Part shown: positions 9,018 to 15,975 of the stretch, in pieces
Numbering within the stretch: position 1 is the stretch's first letter
Layout: each line of letters starts with the position of its first letter
Assembly: GCF_000186885.1 (NCBI RefSeq)
Contig: NC_014972.1
Span: 60,001 to 92,000 of the forward strand
From: Desulfobulbus propionicus DSM 2032
GTDB taxonomy: Bacteria; Desulfobacterota; Desulfobulbia; Desulfobulbales; Desulfobulbaceae
Direction of reading: 5' to 3'
Length of the DNA stretch: 32,000 bases
Notes under the pieces: generated by a model
Seen by the model: only the letters and a program-made list of their open reading frames with translations
Told to the model about the DNA's origin: nothing
Databases searched by the model: none
Position numbers and translations under genes: made by a program

Positions 9018-10197
9018 TTCCACGGGGCAGCTGGACTGCCGCCTGCATGCCGCCTGGCTCAGCCAGCTGGCGCGCGAACATCGCGACATCTGCTTTCAGC
9101 ACGCGGTCCCTCTCCAGGCGCCGGTGCTGATCATCAGCCGCAACCGCACCCAGCTGGGCAGCTGGTCGGCCATGGACCGGACCATCGCTCTCAGCCATTT
9201 CCTGATCAGCGGCCACCCCTGGAGTGTCACCCTGCAGGTGCTCAAGCACGAGATGGCCCATCAGATGGTCAGCGAAATCCACGGCCGGGACGATGCCGGC
9301 CACGGACCGTTGTTCCGCGAGTGTTGCAGCCGTCTTGGCCTGGATGCCCCCTTTCACCGGGCCCGCGCCGATCTGGCGGAAGGGCTGGTAGCTGCGGACC
9401 CGGGTTCGGCCACCACCGAGCAAGGCCGGCAGATCATCGACAAGGTGCGCAAACTCTTGGCCCTGGGCGGATCGGACAACGAACACGAGGCGGCGCTGGC
9501 CATCCGGCGGGCCGGGGAGCTGCTGGCCCGCTACCGGCTCGATTTCGACTCCCTGGCCGAGGACCAGGGGCTGGTGCACCGCACCCTCAACACCTTCAGC
9601 CGCATCCTGCCGGCGTATCGCAAATCGATCTGCTCCCTGCTGGAATCGTGCTTCGCGGTGCGGGTGATCTGCGCCTCGCTTTACGACCCACGGGCCGATG
9701 TGTGCCACAAAACCATCGAGCTGCTCGGCCGCGAGGAGGAAGTGGCCATTGCCGAGTACTGCTACCATTTCCTTGAGAACCGGTTGCAGACCCTGTGGGA
9801 AAGACATCGGTGCCGATTTGACGGCAACGGTCGGGTCGCCAAGAAAAGTTATTATCTAGGGCTGCTGGCCGGTTTTCGGCAAACCTTGGAACGGTCGCGG
9901 CGCGCGTCCGAACCGGGAGGGAAAGCGTCGGCCGGAGAAACGGCTCTGCCGGCGCTCAGGGACCAGCAGCGGCTGGAGGCGTTCGTCGCCTTCCGCTTTC
10001 CCCGTCTGCGGCGGATGCGCGGCCGGTCCACCGCCATGAACGGGGCGGCGTACCGTCAGGCGGTTGCGGAGGGCCGCGAGATCATTCTGCGCCGTCCGGT
10101 GGACCAGGACGCTCCCCCGCGCCTCCTGCCGTGGGGGTCGTTTGTTCGGGTTGTGATGGAAGGTGCTGGCGCCCTTGACGCGGGGCGACGGCGTTGA
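9010..10197 (+). CDS. SprT-like zinc metalloprotease fused to a DUF2786/DUF7168-type module
   Basis: HEMAHQ...GHGPLF matches an SprT-like HExxH plus a third His. The central KVRKLLALGGSDNEHEAALAIRRAGELLARY is a DUF2786-like helix pair. The start overlaps the M48 stop by 8 nt (ATGGCTGA). Confidence 0.75.
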   Translation: MADSTGQLDCRLHAAWLSQLAREHRDICFQHAVPLQAPVLIISRNRTQLGSWSAMDRTIALSHFLISGHPWSVTLQVLKHEMAHQMVSEIHGRDDAGHGPLFRECCSRLGLDAPFHRARADLAEGLVAADPGSATTEQGRQIIDKVRKLLALGGSDNEHEAALAIRRAGELLARYRLDFDSLAEDQGLVHRTLNTFSRILPAYRKSICSLLESCFAVRVICASLYDPRADVCHKTIELLGREEEVAIAEYCYHFLENRLQTLWERHRCRFDGNGRVAKKSYYLGLLAGFRQTLERSRRASEPGGKASAGETALPALRDQQRLEAFVAFRFPRLRRMRGRSTAMNGAAYRQAVAEGREIILRRPVDQDAPPRLLPWGSFVRVVMEGAGALDAGRRR

Positions 10198-10235
10198 GTA
10201 TAGATGAGCAGTTTGTGGTTCGAAGGAGGAACGGA

Positions 10236-12152
10236 GTGGTGAACTATACCATGGAACGTTGGAACATTAACAAGTCATCCGATCTGTACGGCGTGACGGA
10301 GTGGGGCGGCGGCTACTTTTTCGCGGCCGAGAACGGCGACATGATGGTCATGCCCGAGCCCGGCGCGGTCGACCGGGCGGTGAGCATCGCCGAGATCTCC
10401 AAAGGGATCCGCGAGCGCGGCTTTGACATGCCGGTGCTGCTGCGCATCGAGAACATCCTCGATGCCCAGATCACCAGCCTCAACGAGACCTTCCGCTCGG
10501 CCATGGAGGAGTTGGGTTACAAGGGCACCTTCATGGGCGCCTACCCGATCAAGGTCAACCAGCAGCAGCAGGTGGTGGAAAAGATCGCCCAGTTCGGCTC
10601 GCGCTACCACCACGGCCTCGAAGCCGGGTCCAAGGCCGAGCTGATCGCCGCCATGGGCATGATGCGTGACAAGAAGGCGGCGCTCATCTGCAACGGCTAC
10701 AAGGACGAGGAGTTCATCGATCTCGGTCTCTACGCCACCAAGATCGGCTTCACCTGTATCCTGGTGGTGGAGATGCCCGACGAGCTGCCGCTGATCATCG
10801 AGCGCTCCAAGGCGCTGAATGCCAAGCCGATTCTGGGCATCCGCATCAAACTCTCGGCCCAGGCTGGCGGCCACTGGTCGGAATCCGGCGGCGAGCGCTC
10901 GATCTTCGGCCTCAACACCAGCCAGATCATCCAGGCGGTGGACCTGCTGGCCAGCGCCGGCATGCTCGACTGCCTCAAGCTGGTCCATTACCATCTGGGC
11001 TCGCAGATCTCCAACATCCGCGAGATCCGCACCGCAGTCAACGAGGCCTGCCGGGTCTACGCCGGTCTGGTCAAGGAAGGGGCCCAGGTCCAGTACCTCG
11101 ACCTCGGCGGCGGGCTGGCGGTGGACTATGACGGCTCGCAGTCCAACTTCCTCTCCAGCCGCAACTACACCCTCAAGGAATACTGCACCGACATCATCGA
11201 GGCGGTGATGACTTCGCTGGAGGAGGACCAGATTCCGCACCCGGTGATCGTCACCGAATCGGGACGGGCCCTGGTGGCCTATTACTCGATCCTCTTGTTC
11301 AACATCCTCGACGTCACCCAGTTCCATGCCGAGCCCCTGCCGGCCAAGCTGCCCGAAGGTTGCCCGCCGCAGCTCGAATACATGCACCAGGCGCTCAAGG
11401 ACCTGACCATCCGCAACATTCAGGAAGTGCTCAACGACGTTATCTTCTACCGCGACGAAACCCGGCGGATGTTTCAGCACGGCAAAATCAGCCTGCGTGA
11501 ACGTTCGCTGGCCGAGCAGCTGTTTTGGACCACGATCAACGAGATCAACCGCCTGGCCAAGGAGCTGAAGAATCCGAGCGCCGAGCTCATCGATCTCGAC
11601 CGGGTCCTCTCCGATTTTTATTACTGCAATTTCAGCGTCTTTCAGAGTTTGCCCGATAGCTGGGCCATCGGCCAGCTGTTTCCGATCATGCCCATCCATC
11701 GCCTGGACGAGGAACCGACCCGCAAGGGCATCCTGGCTGACATCACCTGCGACTGCGACGGCAAGATCGACCAGTTCATCGACAAACGCGGGGTCAAACG
11801 CTATCTGCCGCTGCACGAACTCAAGCCCTACGAAGAGTATATTCTTGGTGTGTTCCTGGTCGGCGCCTATCAGGAGACCTTGGGTGATCTCCATAACCTG
11901 CTGGGCGACACCAACGTGGTCACCATCCGCATCCAGGACAAGGGCGAATTTGAATTCGTCAGCGAACAGGAAGGTGACACCGTGGCTGAGGTGCTGTCCT
12001 ACGTGCAGTACGATCCCAAGCGGCTTTTTGTCCGCTTCCGTGAAACCGCCGAGCAGGCGGTGCGCTCCGGGCGGATCAGCGCCCAGGAGCGACGGGAGAT
12101 TGTCGAGGCCTATGAGGCGGGGTTGCGGGGCTACACCTATTTTGAGCGGTAG
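10236..12152 (+). CDS. speA: biosynthetic arginine decarboxylase
   Basis: N-terminal W-x-KSSDLYGV-EWGGGYF motif. PLP-lysine block AYPIKVNQQ. Full-length collinearity with SpeA. GTG at 10236 lies 5 nt after AAGGAGGA; alternative ATG at 10251. Confidence 0.9.
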   Translation: MVNYTMERWNINKSSDLYGVTEWGGGYFFAAENGDMMVMPEPGAVDRAVSIAEISKGIRERGFDMPVLLRIENILDAQITSLNETFRSAMEELGYKGTFMGAYPIKVNQQQQVVEKIAQFGSRYHHGLEAGSKAELIAAMGMMRDKKAALICNGYKDEEFIDLGLYATKIGFTCILVVEMPDELPLIIERSKALNAKPILGIRIKLSAQAGGHWSESGGERSIFGLNTSQIIQAVDLLASAGMLDCLKLVHYHLGSQISNIREIRTAVNEACRVYAGLVKEGAQVQYLDLGGGLAVDYDGSQSNFLSSRNYTLKEYCTDIIEAVMTSLEEDQIPHPVIVTESGRALVAYYSILLFNILDVTQFHAEPLPAKLPEGCPPQLEYMHQALKDLTIRNIQEVLNDVIFYRDETRRMFQHGKISLRERSLAEQLFWTTINEINRLAKELKNPSAELIDLDRVLSDFYYCNFSVFQSLPDSWAIGQLFPIMPIHRLDEEPTRKGILADITCDCDGKIDQFIDKRGVKRYLPLHELKPYEEYILGVFLVGAYQETLGDLHNLLGDTNVVTIRIQDKGEFEFVSEQEGDTVAEVLSYVQYDPKRLFVRFRETAEQAVRSGRISAQERREIVEAYEAGLRGYTYFER

Positions 12153-12324
12153 GCGGAGCGATCAGGGAGAGGGCGCAACATGCGATGCTCCTGCATGTCG
12201 TGTTGCACATGGTCAGTGGATGCGTCCTCGACCGCCTGCCCGTGTTTGGTCGTTGATCGCCATGATCGACGGCAAAACGAAAAATTGGCGGGCGTGAGGG
12301 GCGCGAGCAAACAGACGGTACCCC

Positions 12325-12792
12325 ATGGACAAACGACTTTTCGTGGCCATTGATCCACCGCCGGAGATTCGCGAGCAGTTGGCCGGGATCTGTTGCGGTC
12401 TGCCCGCCGCCCGCTGGACGCCGGTCGAACAACTGCATCTCACCCTCTGCTTTATCGGCGAGGTCGACGGTGCAATCTTTCTCGACATCCGGGAGGCGCT
12501 CGGCGAGCTCTCCGCCCCGTCCTTTGACCTGCGGCTCAAGGGGGTGGGGTTTTTCCCGCCGCGTGGCCTGCCGCGGGTGGTCTGGGCCGGCGTGGAGCGC
12601 AGCGAACCGTTGTTGGGGCTGCAGCGTAAGATCACCACCCGGCTGTTTCAACTGGGGGTTGCACTGGACAACCGCAAATTCAGCCCCCTGTTCACCGTGG
12701 ACCGTTTTCTCCTCTATTCCAGCATCCTGGGCCGCAAGGGCGCCACCCATATCGTGGAGCGGGAATACCCGCTCAGTATCGGCAACAGCTAG
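12325..12792 (+). CDS. thpR: ThpR/LigT-like 2H phosphoesterase lacking the second HxT/S motif (possibly inactive)
   Basis: RLFVAIDPP and the first motif HLTLCFIGEV are present. After NRKFSP the sequence jumps directly to LFTVDRFLLYSS. The expected H-x-T-x block and about 20 residues are absent. Length is 155 aa. Confidence 0.7.
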   Translation: MDKRLFVAIDPPPEIREQLAGICCGLPAARWTPVEQLHLTLCFIGEVDGAIFLDIREALGELSAPSFDLRLKGVGFFPPRGLPRVVWAGVERSEPLLGLQRKITTRLFQLGVALDNRKFSPLFTVDRFLLYSSILGRKGATHIVEREYPLSIGNS

Positions 12793-13012
12793 GAACCGCG
12801 GACCCTCCCTGGTGCAGACATCCACCCCAAGGGGGCAGGCTGCCCAACAAGGGGCGTTATGTCCCGCTCTTGCGACCTTTATTCCGATTTTTCGGATTTT
12901 ATTTTCATTTTCCCGGAATTTCGTTGTCCTGTTGTTTTGTGATTCTTGGCTGTTCTGGGATAAAAGAATATTATTTCAAACTGTTGCTGTTTTTTTCGCG
13001 TTTTTCTCCTTC

Positions 13013-13028
13013 TGGTACGAATGATGCT
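13013..13028 (+). promoter_or_regulatory. candidate sigma-54 (-24/-12) promoter for the PEP-CTERM gene
   Basis: TGGTACGAATGATGCT compared with the consensus TGGCACG-N4-TTGCW. GG and GC have the correct spacing. It lies 57 nt upstream of the ATG at 13085, in an AT-rich intergenic region. Confidence 0.45.
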
Positions 13029-13084
13029 TTCTGTAAAGGAACATGACATGTCTGATTCGCAGACGCACCCCAAGGAGGCGCAAC

Positions 13085-13774
13085 ATGAAAAAACAGATGA
13101 TCATACTGGCGGGCTTGTTGGCCCTTTGTCCGCTGACCGCAGCGGCGGACGCCGTTTCAACAGGGTATATGCAAATAGGCTATAACCAGCCTGTTGTGCA
13201 GACTTCCCTTGGAAACTGGTATACGGATTATGAGATAACAGCTTCAAGTCTCGGAGAGCTTGCGTTACAGAGTTCCGAAGTTTTTTGTGTGGAACATGCT
13301 GATCTGAATAAAAATTATGCTGAATATGCCTTTTATCGGATCGATGAACAGTTGGATACCGACTACGGTGGTGGCGACGCAGCCTACCTCGACAAATTGA
13401 TCCAAGCGAGCTGGATCGCCACTTGGGCACTGACCTCAAACCAAACGGACGCCAAAACGATCGGACAGCTGGCAATATGGCATGTCATGCTTGGTGCGAC
13501 TATTGCTGAGACCAACTCGTATTACGGCCAGGTCATGCAGCTTCTGTATCCGGCCTATAATACAGCGAAAGAAGACGGCACCTATAATGATTATGTCGAC
13601 GATTGGTTACTCGCGGTGAATCCTGCGGTGACCAATGGTGAGATTCCACTGGGGGTGCCAGGGCAGAATTTTCTCGTGAAGGCCAATAGCCCTGTTCCCG
13701 AGCCAGCCACCATGTTTTTGTTTGGCACTGGAATGGCCGGACTGGCAGGAATGATCCGGCGCAAGCGAAGCTGA
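13085..13774 (+). CDS. PEP-CTERM sorting-domain protein (putative exosortase substrate)
   Basis: AAGGAGG Shine-Dalgarno sequence. Signal peptide MKKQMIILAGLLALCPLTAAADA. C-terminal VPEP-ATMFLFGTGMAGLAGMI-RRKRS (PEP motif, TM helix and basic tail). Confidence 0.85.
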   Translation: MKKQMIILAGLLALCPLTAAADAVSTGYMQIGYNQPVVQTSLGNWYTDYEITASSLGELALQSSEVFCVEHADLNKNYAEYAFYRIDEQLDTDYGGGDAAYLDKLIQASWIATWALTSNQTDAKTIGQLAIWHVMLGATIAETNSYYGQVMQLLYPAYNTAKEDGTYNDYVDDWLLAVNPAVTNGEIPLGVPGQNFLVKANSPVPEPATMFLFGTGMAGLAGMIRRKRS

Positions 13775-13806
13775 ACGAAAATTCGGAATATCCGCCATGG
13801 CGGAAT

Positions 13807-13840
13807 AAAAAAAGCAGGGCCATCTGGCCCTGCTTTTTTT
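13807..13840. terminator. bidirectional-type rho-independent terminator after the PEP-CTERM gene
   Basis: A7 run, then stem gcagggcc (13814-13821), loop atct, stem ggccctgc (13826-13833), then a T7 run. Confidence 0.75.
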
Positions 13841-13896
13841 ATTGCCTCTCTTGACCGTATTTCCGTCATCAGGTACATAGCTGTGGATTGCGGCCA

Positions 13897-13930
13897 CAAA
13901 AAAAGCGGTCACAGATTACCCTGTGACCGC
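13897..13930 (-). terminator. rho-independent terminator downstream of tRNA-Cys
   Basis: 10-bp perfect stem: gcggtcacag (13905-13914) pairs with ctgtgaccgc (13921-13930). On the minus strand it is followed by a T7 run. Confidence 0.7.
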
Positions 13931-13940
13931 TTGCATTTTT

Positions 13941-14015
13941 TGGAGGCGACGAGCGGATTTGAACCGCTGAGTAATGGTTTTGCAGACCACTGCCTTACCA
14001 CTTGGCTACGTCGCC
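13941..14015 (-). tRNA. tRNA-Cys: tRNA-Cys (anticodon GCA), CCA encoded
   Basis: Folded by hand into a cloverleaf. Acceptor stem GGCGACG pairs with CGTCGCC. Anticodon loop is CUGCAAA. T-arm is AGCGG-UUCAAAU-CCGCU. Discriminator is U73, followed by a terminal CCA. Length 75 nt. Confidence 0.95.
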
Positions 14016-14030
14016 GGAACGTGCGGCACA

Positions 14031-14058
14031 CATATACCATAGATTTTTTTTTTGACAA
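14031..14058 (-). promoter_or_regulatory. possible sigma-70-type promoter for tRNA-Cys
   Basis: On the minus strand: TTGTCA (14058-14053), a 16-nt A-rich spacer, then TATATG (14036-14031). This ends 15 nt upstream of the mature tRNA 5' end. Confidence 0.3.
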
Positions 14059-14073
14059 GGGGAAATCCAACCC

Positions 14074-14805
14074 ATGGGAACCACCATCGCCAACCTGATT
14101 CAGGACAACGAGGAAGGGTTGCACGAGTTGCAGGAACGGATCGGTTATCGCTTTCGCGACCTGCGGCTGCTGCAACTCTCTCTCATCCACAGCTCCTTCG
14201 CCTTCGAGCGCCTCGACGATGGCCGGCACAACGAAACCCAGGAATTCCTGGGTGATGCCGTCCTCGACCTGACCGTCGGCTACATCCTTTTCGTCCGTTT
14301 TCCGGAAATGCGCGAGGGCAAGTTGACCCGCATCCGGTCGGCCCTGGTCAACGAACAGGGGCTGGCCGACCGGGCCCGGGAGATTGATCTGGGCAAGTAC
14401 CTGCTGCTGGGCAAGGGGGAGAACGCCTCCAACGGCCGCGACAAATCGTCCATCCTCTCCTGTGCCTACGAGGCCCTGGTGGGCGCGTTGTTTCTCGACG
14501 GCGGCTACGACCAGGCCCTGGCCTTTGTCCGCCGTTTCTTCGAGCCGCATATCGACCAGCACCAGGAACAGCTGGTCAGCGCCGATGCCAAGAGCTCGCT
14601 CCAGGAATTGCTCCAGGAGCGGTTCAACGAAGGGCCGGAGTATATGCTCACCGGCGAGGAAGGGCCGGCCCATGCCCGCCTCTTCTCCATCACCGTCACC
14701 TTTCAGGGAGAAGAGCTGGGCAGCGGCAGGGCTTCGAGCAAGAAGGAGGCCGAGCAGCAGGCCGCTCGCGCCGCCCTGGACTATCTCGCGCCCAGGCAGG
14801 GCTGA
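14074..14805 (+). CDS. rnc: ribonuclease III
   Basis: LQERIGYRFRD..LL..SLIHSS, the catalytic signature ETQEFLGDAVLDL, and a C-terminal dsRBD (GRASSKKEAEQQAARAAL). Confidence 0.9.
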   Translation: MGTTIANLIQDNEEGLHELQERIGYRFRDLRLLQLSLIHSSFAFERLDDGRHNETQEFLGDAVLDLTVGYILFVRFPEMREGKLTRIRSALVNEQGLADRAREIDLGKYLLLGKGENASNGRDKSSILSCAYEALVGALFLDGGYDQALAFVRRFFEPHIDQHQEQLVSADAKSSLQELLQERFNEGPEYMLTGEEGPAHARLFSITVTFQGEELGSGRASSKKEAEQQAARAALDYLAPRQG

Positions 14806-14828
14806 CCGATCCGTTTGGGTCCCCCGAT

Positions 14829-15836
14829 ATGCCGCTGGTCATCCCGATCTTCATCCCCCACGAGGGCTGCCCGCACCGCTGCATCTTCTGCGACCAGCGC
14901 CGGATCAGCGGCCAGGTCGCTCCTCCGGTCGACAGCAACGGGGTGGCGGAGACGATCCGCGTTTGGCTGGCCCGATCGCGGCCCGACAGGCGGGAGCGGG
15001 TGCAGGTGGCCTTGTACGGCGGCAGCTTCACCGGTCTGCCCGTCGAGCGCCAGCGGGAACTGCTGGCCGCGGTGCAGCCGTTTCGCCGCCATGGACTGGT
15101 CCAGGAGATCCGTCTGTCGACCCGGCCCGACCTGATCGACAGCGGGCGGCTGGATCTGCTGGAAGAGTACGGGGTGTCGATTGTCGAGCTGGGAGCCCAG
15201 TCCTGCGATGACCGGGTTCTGCGTCTCGCTGGACGGGGGCATGGCGGCGCGGCTGTCGAGGACGCGGCGCGCCAGCTCCGGGAACGGGGTTTTGGTTTGG
15301 GCATACAGCTGATGCTCGGGCTGCCGGGTGACAGCTTTCGCATCCTGCGCCAGACCGTGGCGACGGTTGTCAGCCTGCGGCCCGCGTTTGTGCGCCTCTA
15401 TCCGGTGCTGGTGGTGCGCGGCAGCGGGTTGGAGCGGTTGTACCACCGGGGAGGATACCGGCCGCTCAGTCTCGGCCGGGCGGTGGTTCTGACCGCCTAC
15501 ATGAAAAAACGGTTTGACGATCAGGGGATCGGGGTGGTACGGATGGGCCTGCAACCAAGCCCGGAGCTAGAGCGCGCCGTGGTGGCCGGCCCCTACCATC
15601 CGGCCTTTGGCGAACTGGTCAAGGCCCGGCTGATGCTCCGCCAGGCCCGGCGGCTGCTGGCCGGAGTGCAGCCCTCGACCCCGGTGACCCTGGTAATTGC
15701 CGAGCGGGATCAATCCATCTTTCGCGGCCCGCGTTCGGCCAACCTGGAACGGCTGCGGCAGTTGGGGTTGCTGGACCGCTTTGTTCTGCGCGCCGACCCG
15801 AACCAGCCCCGGCAGGCGATAGCAATAGGTGGATAG
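14829..15836 (+). CDS. ELP3-like radical SAM protein
   Basis: N-terminal IPIFIPHEGCPHRCIFCDQ carries the CxxxCxxC cluster motif, in the context typical of the ELP3/MiaB-like radical SAM family often found next to rnc. Confidence 0.8.
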   Translation: MPLVIPIFIPHEGCPHRCIFCDQRRISGQVAPPVDSNGVAETIRVWLARSRPDRRERVQVALYGGSFTGLPVERQRELLAAVQPFRRHGLVQEIRLSTRPDLIDSGRLDLLEEYGVSIVELGAQSCDDRVLRLAGRGHGGAAVEDAARQLRERGFGLGIQLMLGLPGDSFRILRQTVATVVSLRPAFVRLYPVLVVRGSGLERLYHRGGYRPLSLGRAVVLTAYMKKRFDDQGIGVVRMGLQPSPELERAVVAGPYHPAFGELVKARLMLRQARRLLAGVQPSTPVTLVIAERDQSIFRGPRSANLERLRQLGLLDRFVLRADPNQPRQAIAIGG

Positions 15837-15975
15837 GTGGACAGTCTGTAGGTTGTCAGGGTGTCCGCACCGCGTAGCTGCTCCTCTTGATGGGCGACCG
15901 ATCACCGCTCTCTCCCTCGCACATTGAACCACCTGATAGACCAACAGATTCAACCGATAACAGCACCTCTCTTTC

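Noticed and set aside
12180-12353. 57-codon ORF with a Cys-rich N-terminus (MRCSCMSCCTWSVDASSTACPC...). It is preceded by a GGGAGAGGG purine tract, lies in the speA-thpR intergenic region and overlaps the thpR start.
   Set aside because: TGC/TGT-rich frames arise easily in this composition. The C-terminal half is nondescript and overlaps thpR. No terminator or promoter signal was seen, and conservation cannot be tested here. It is worth a tblastn check but is not supportable as a gene.
13043-13084. Upstream ATG at 13043, which would add MTCLIRRRTPRRRN to the PEP-CTERM protein.
   Set aside because: The AAGGAGG Shine-Dalgarno sequence sits immediately before the ATG at 13085. The MKKQMIIL... 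sequence is a canonical signal-peptide N-terminus. The extension would also start almost at the predicted sigma-54 transcription start.
12793-13941. The lower-GC segment carrying the PEP-CTERM gene next to the 3' end of tRNA-Cys, considered as a tRNA-integrated genomic islet.
   Set aside because: No integrase gene is present. I could not find a direct repeat of the tRNA 3' end at the distal boundary. A lower G+C is also common for secreted repetitive proteins. The evidence is insufficient.
14052-14080. Perfect TTGACA (-35 consensus) on the plus strand just upstream of rnc.
   Set aside because: With a 17-nt spacer the -10 position falls on the rnc start codon region (TGGGAA), which bears no resemblance to TATAAT. 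The same bases read on the minus strand give a more plausible tRNA-Cys promoter.
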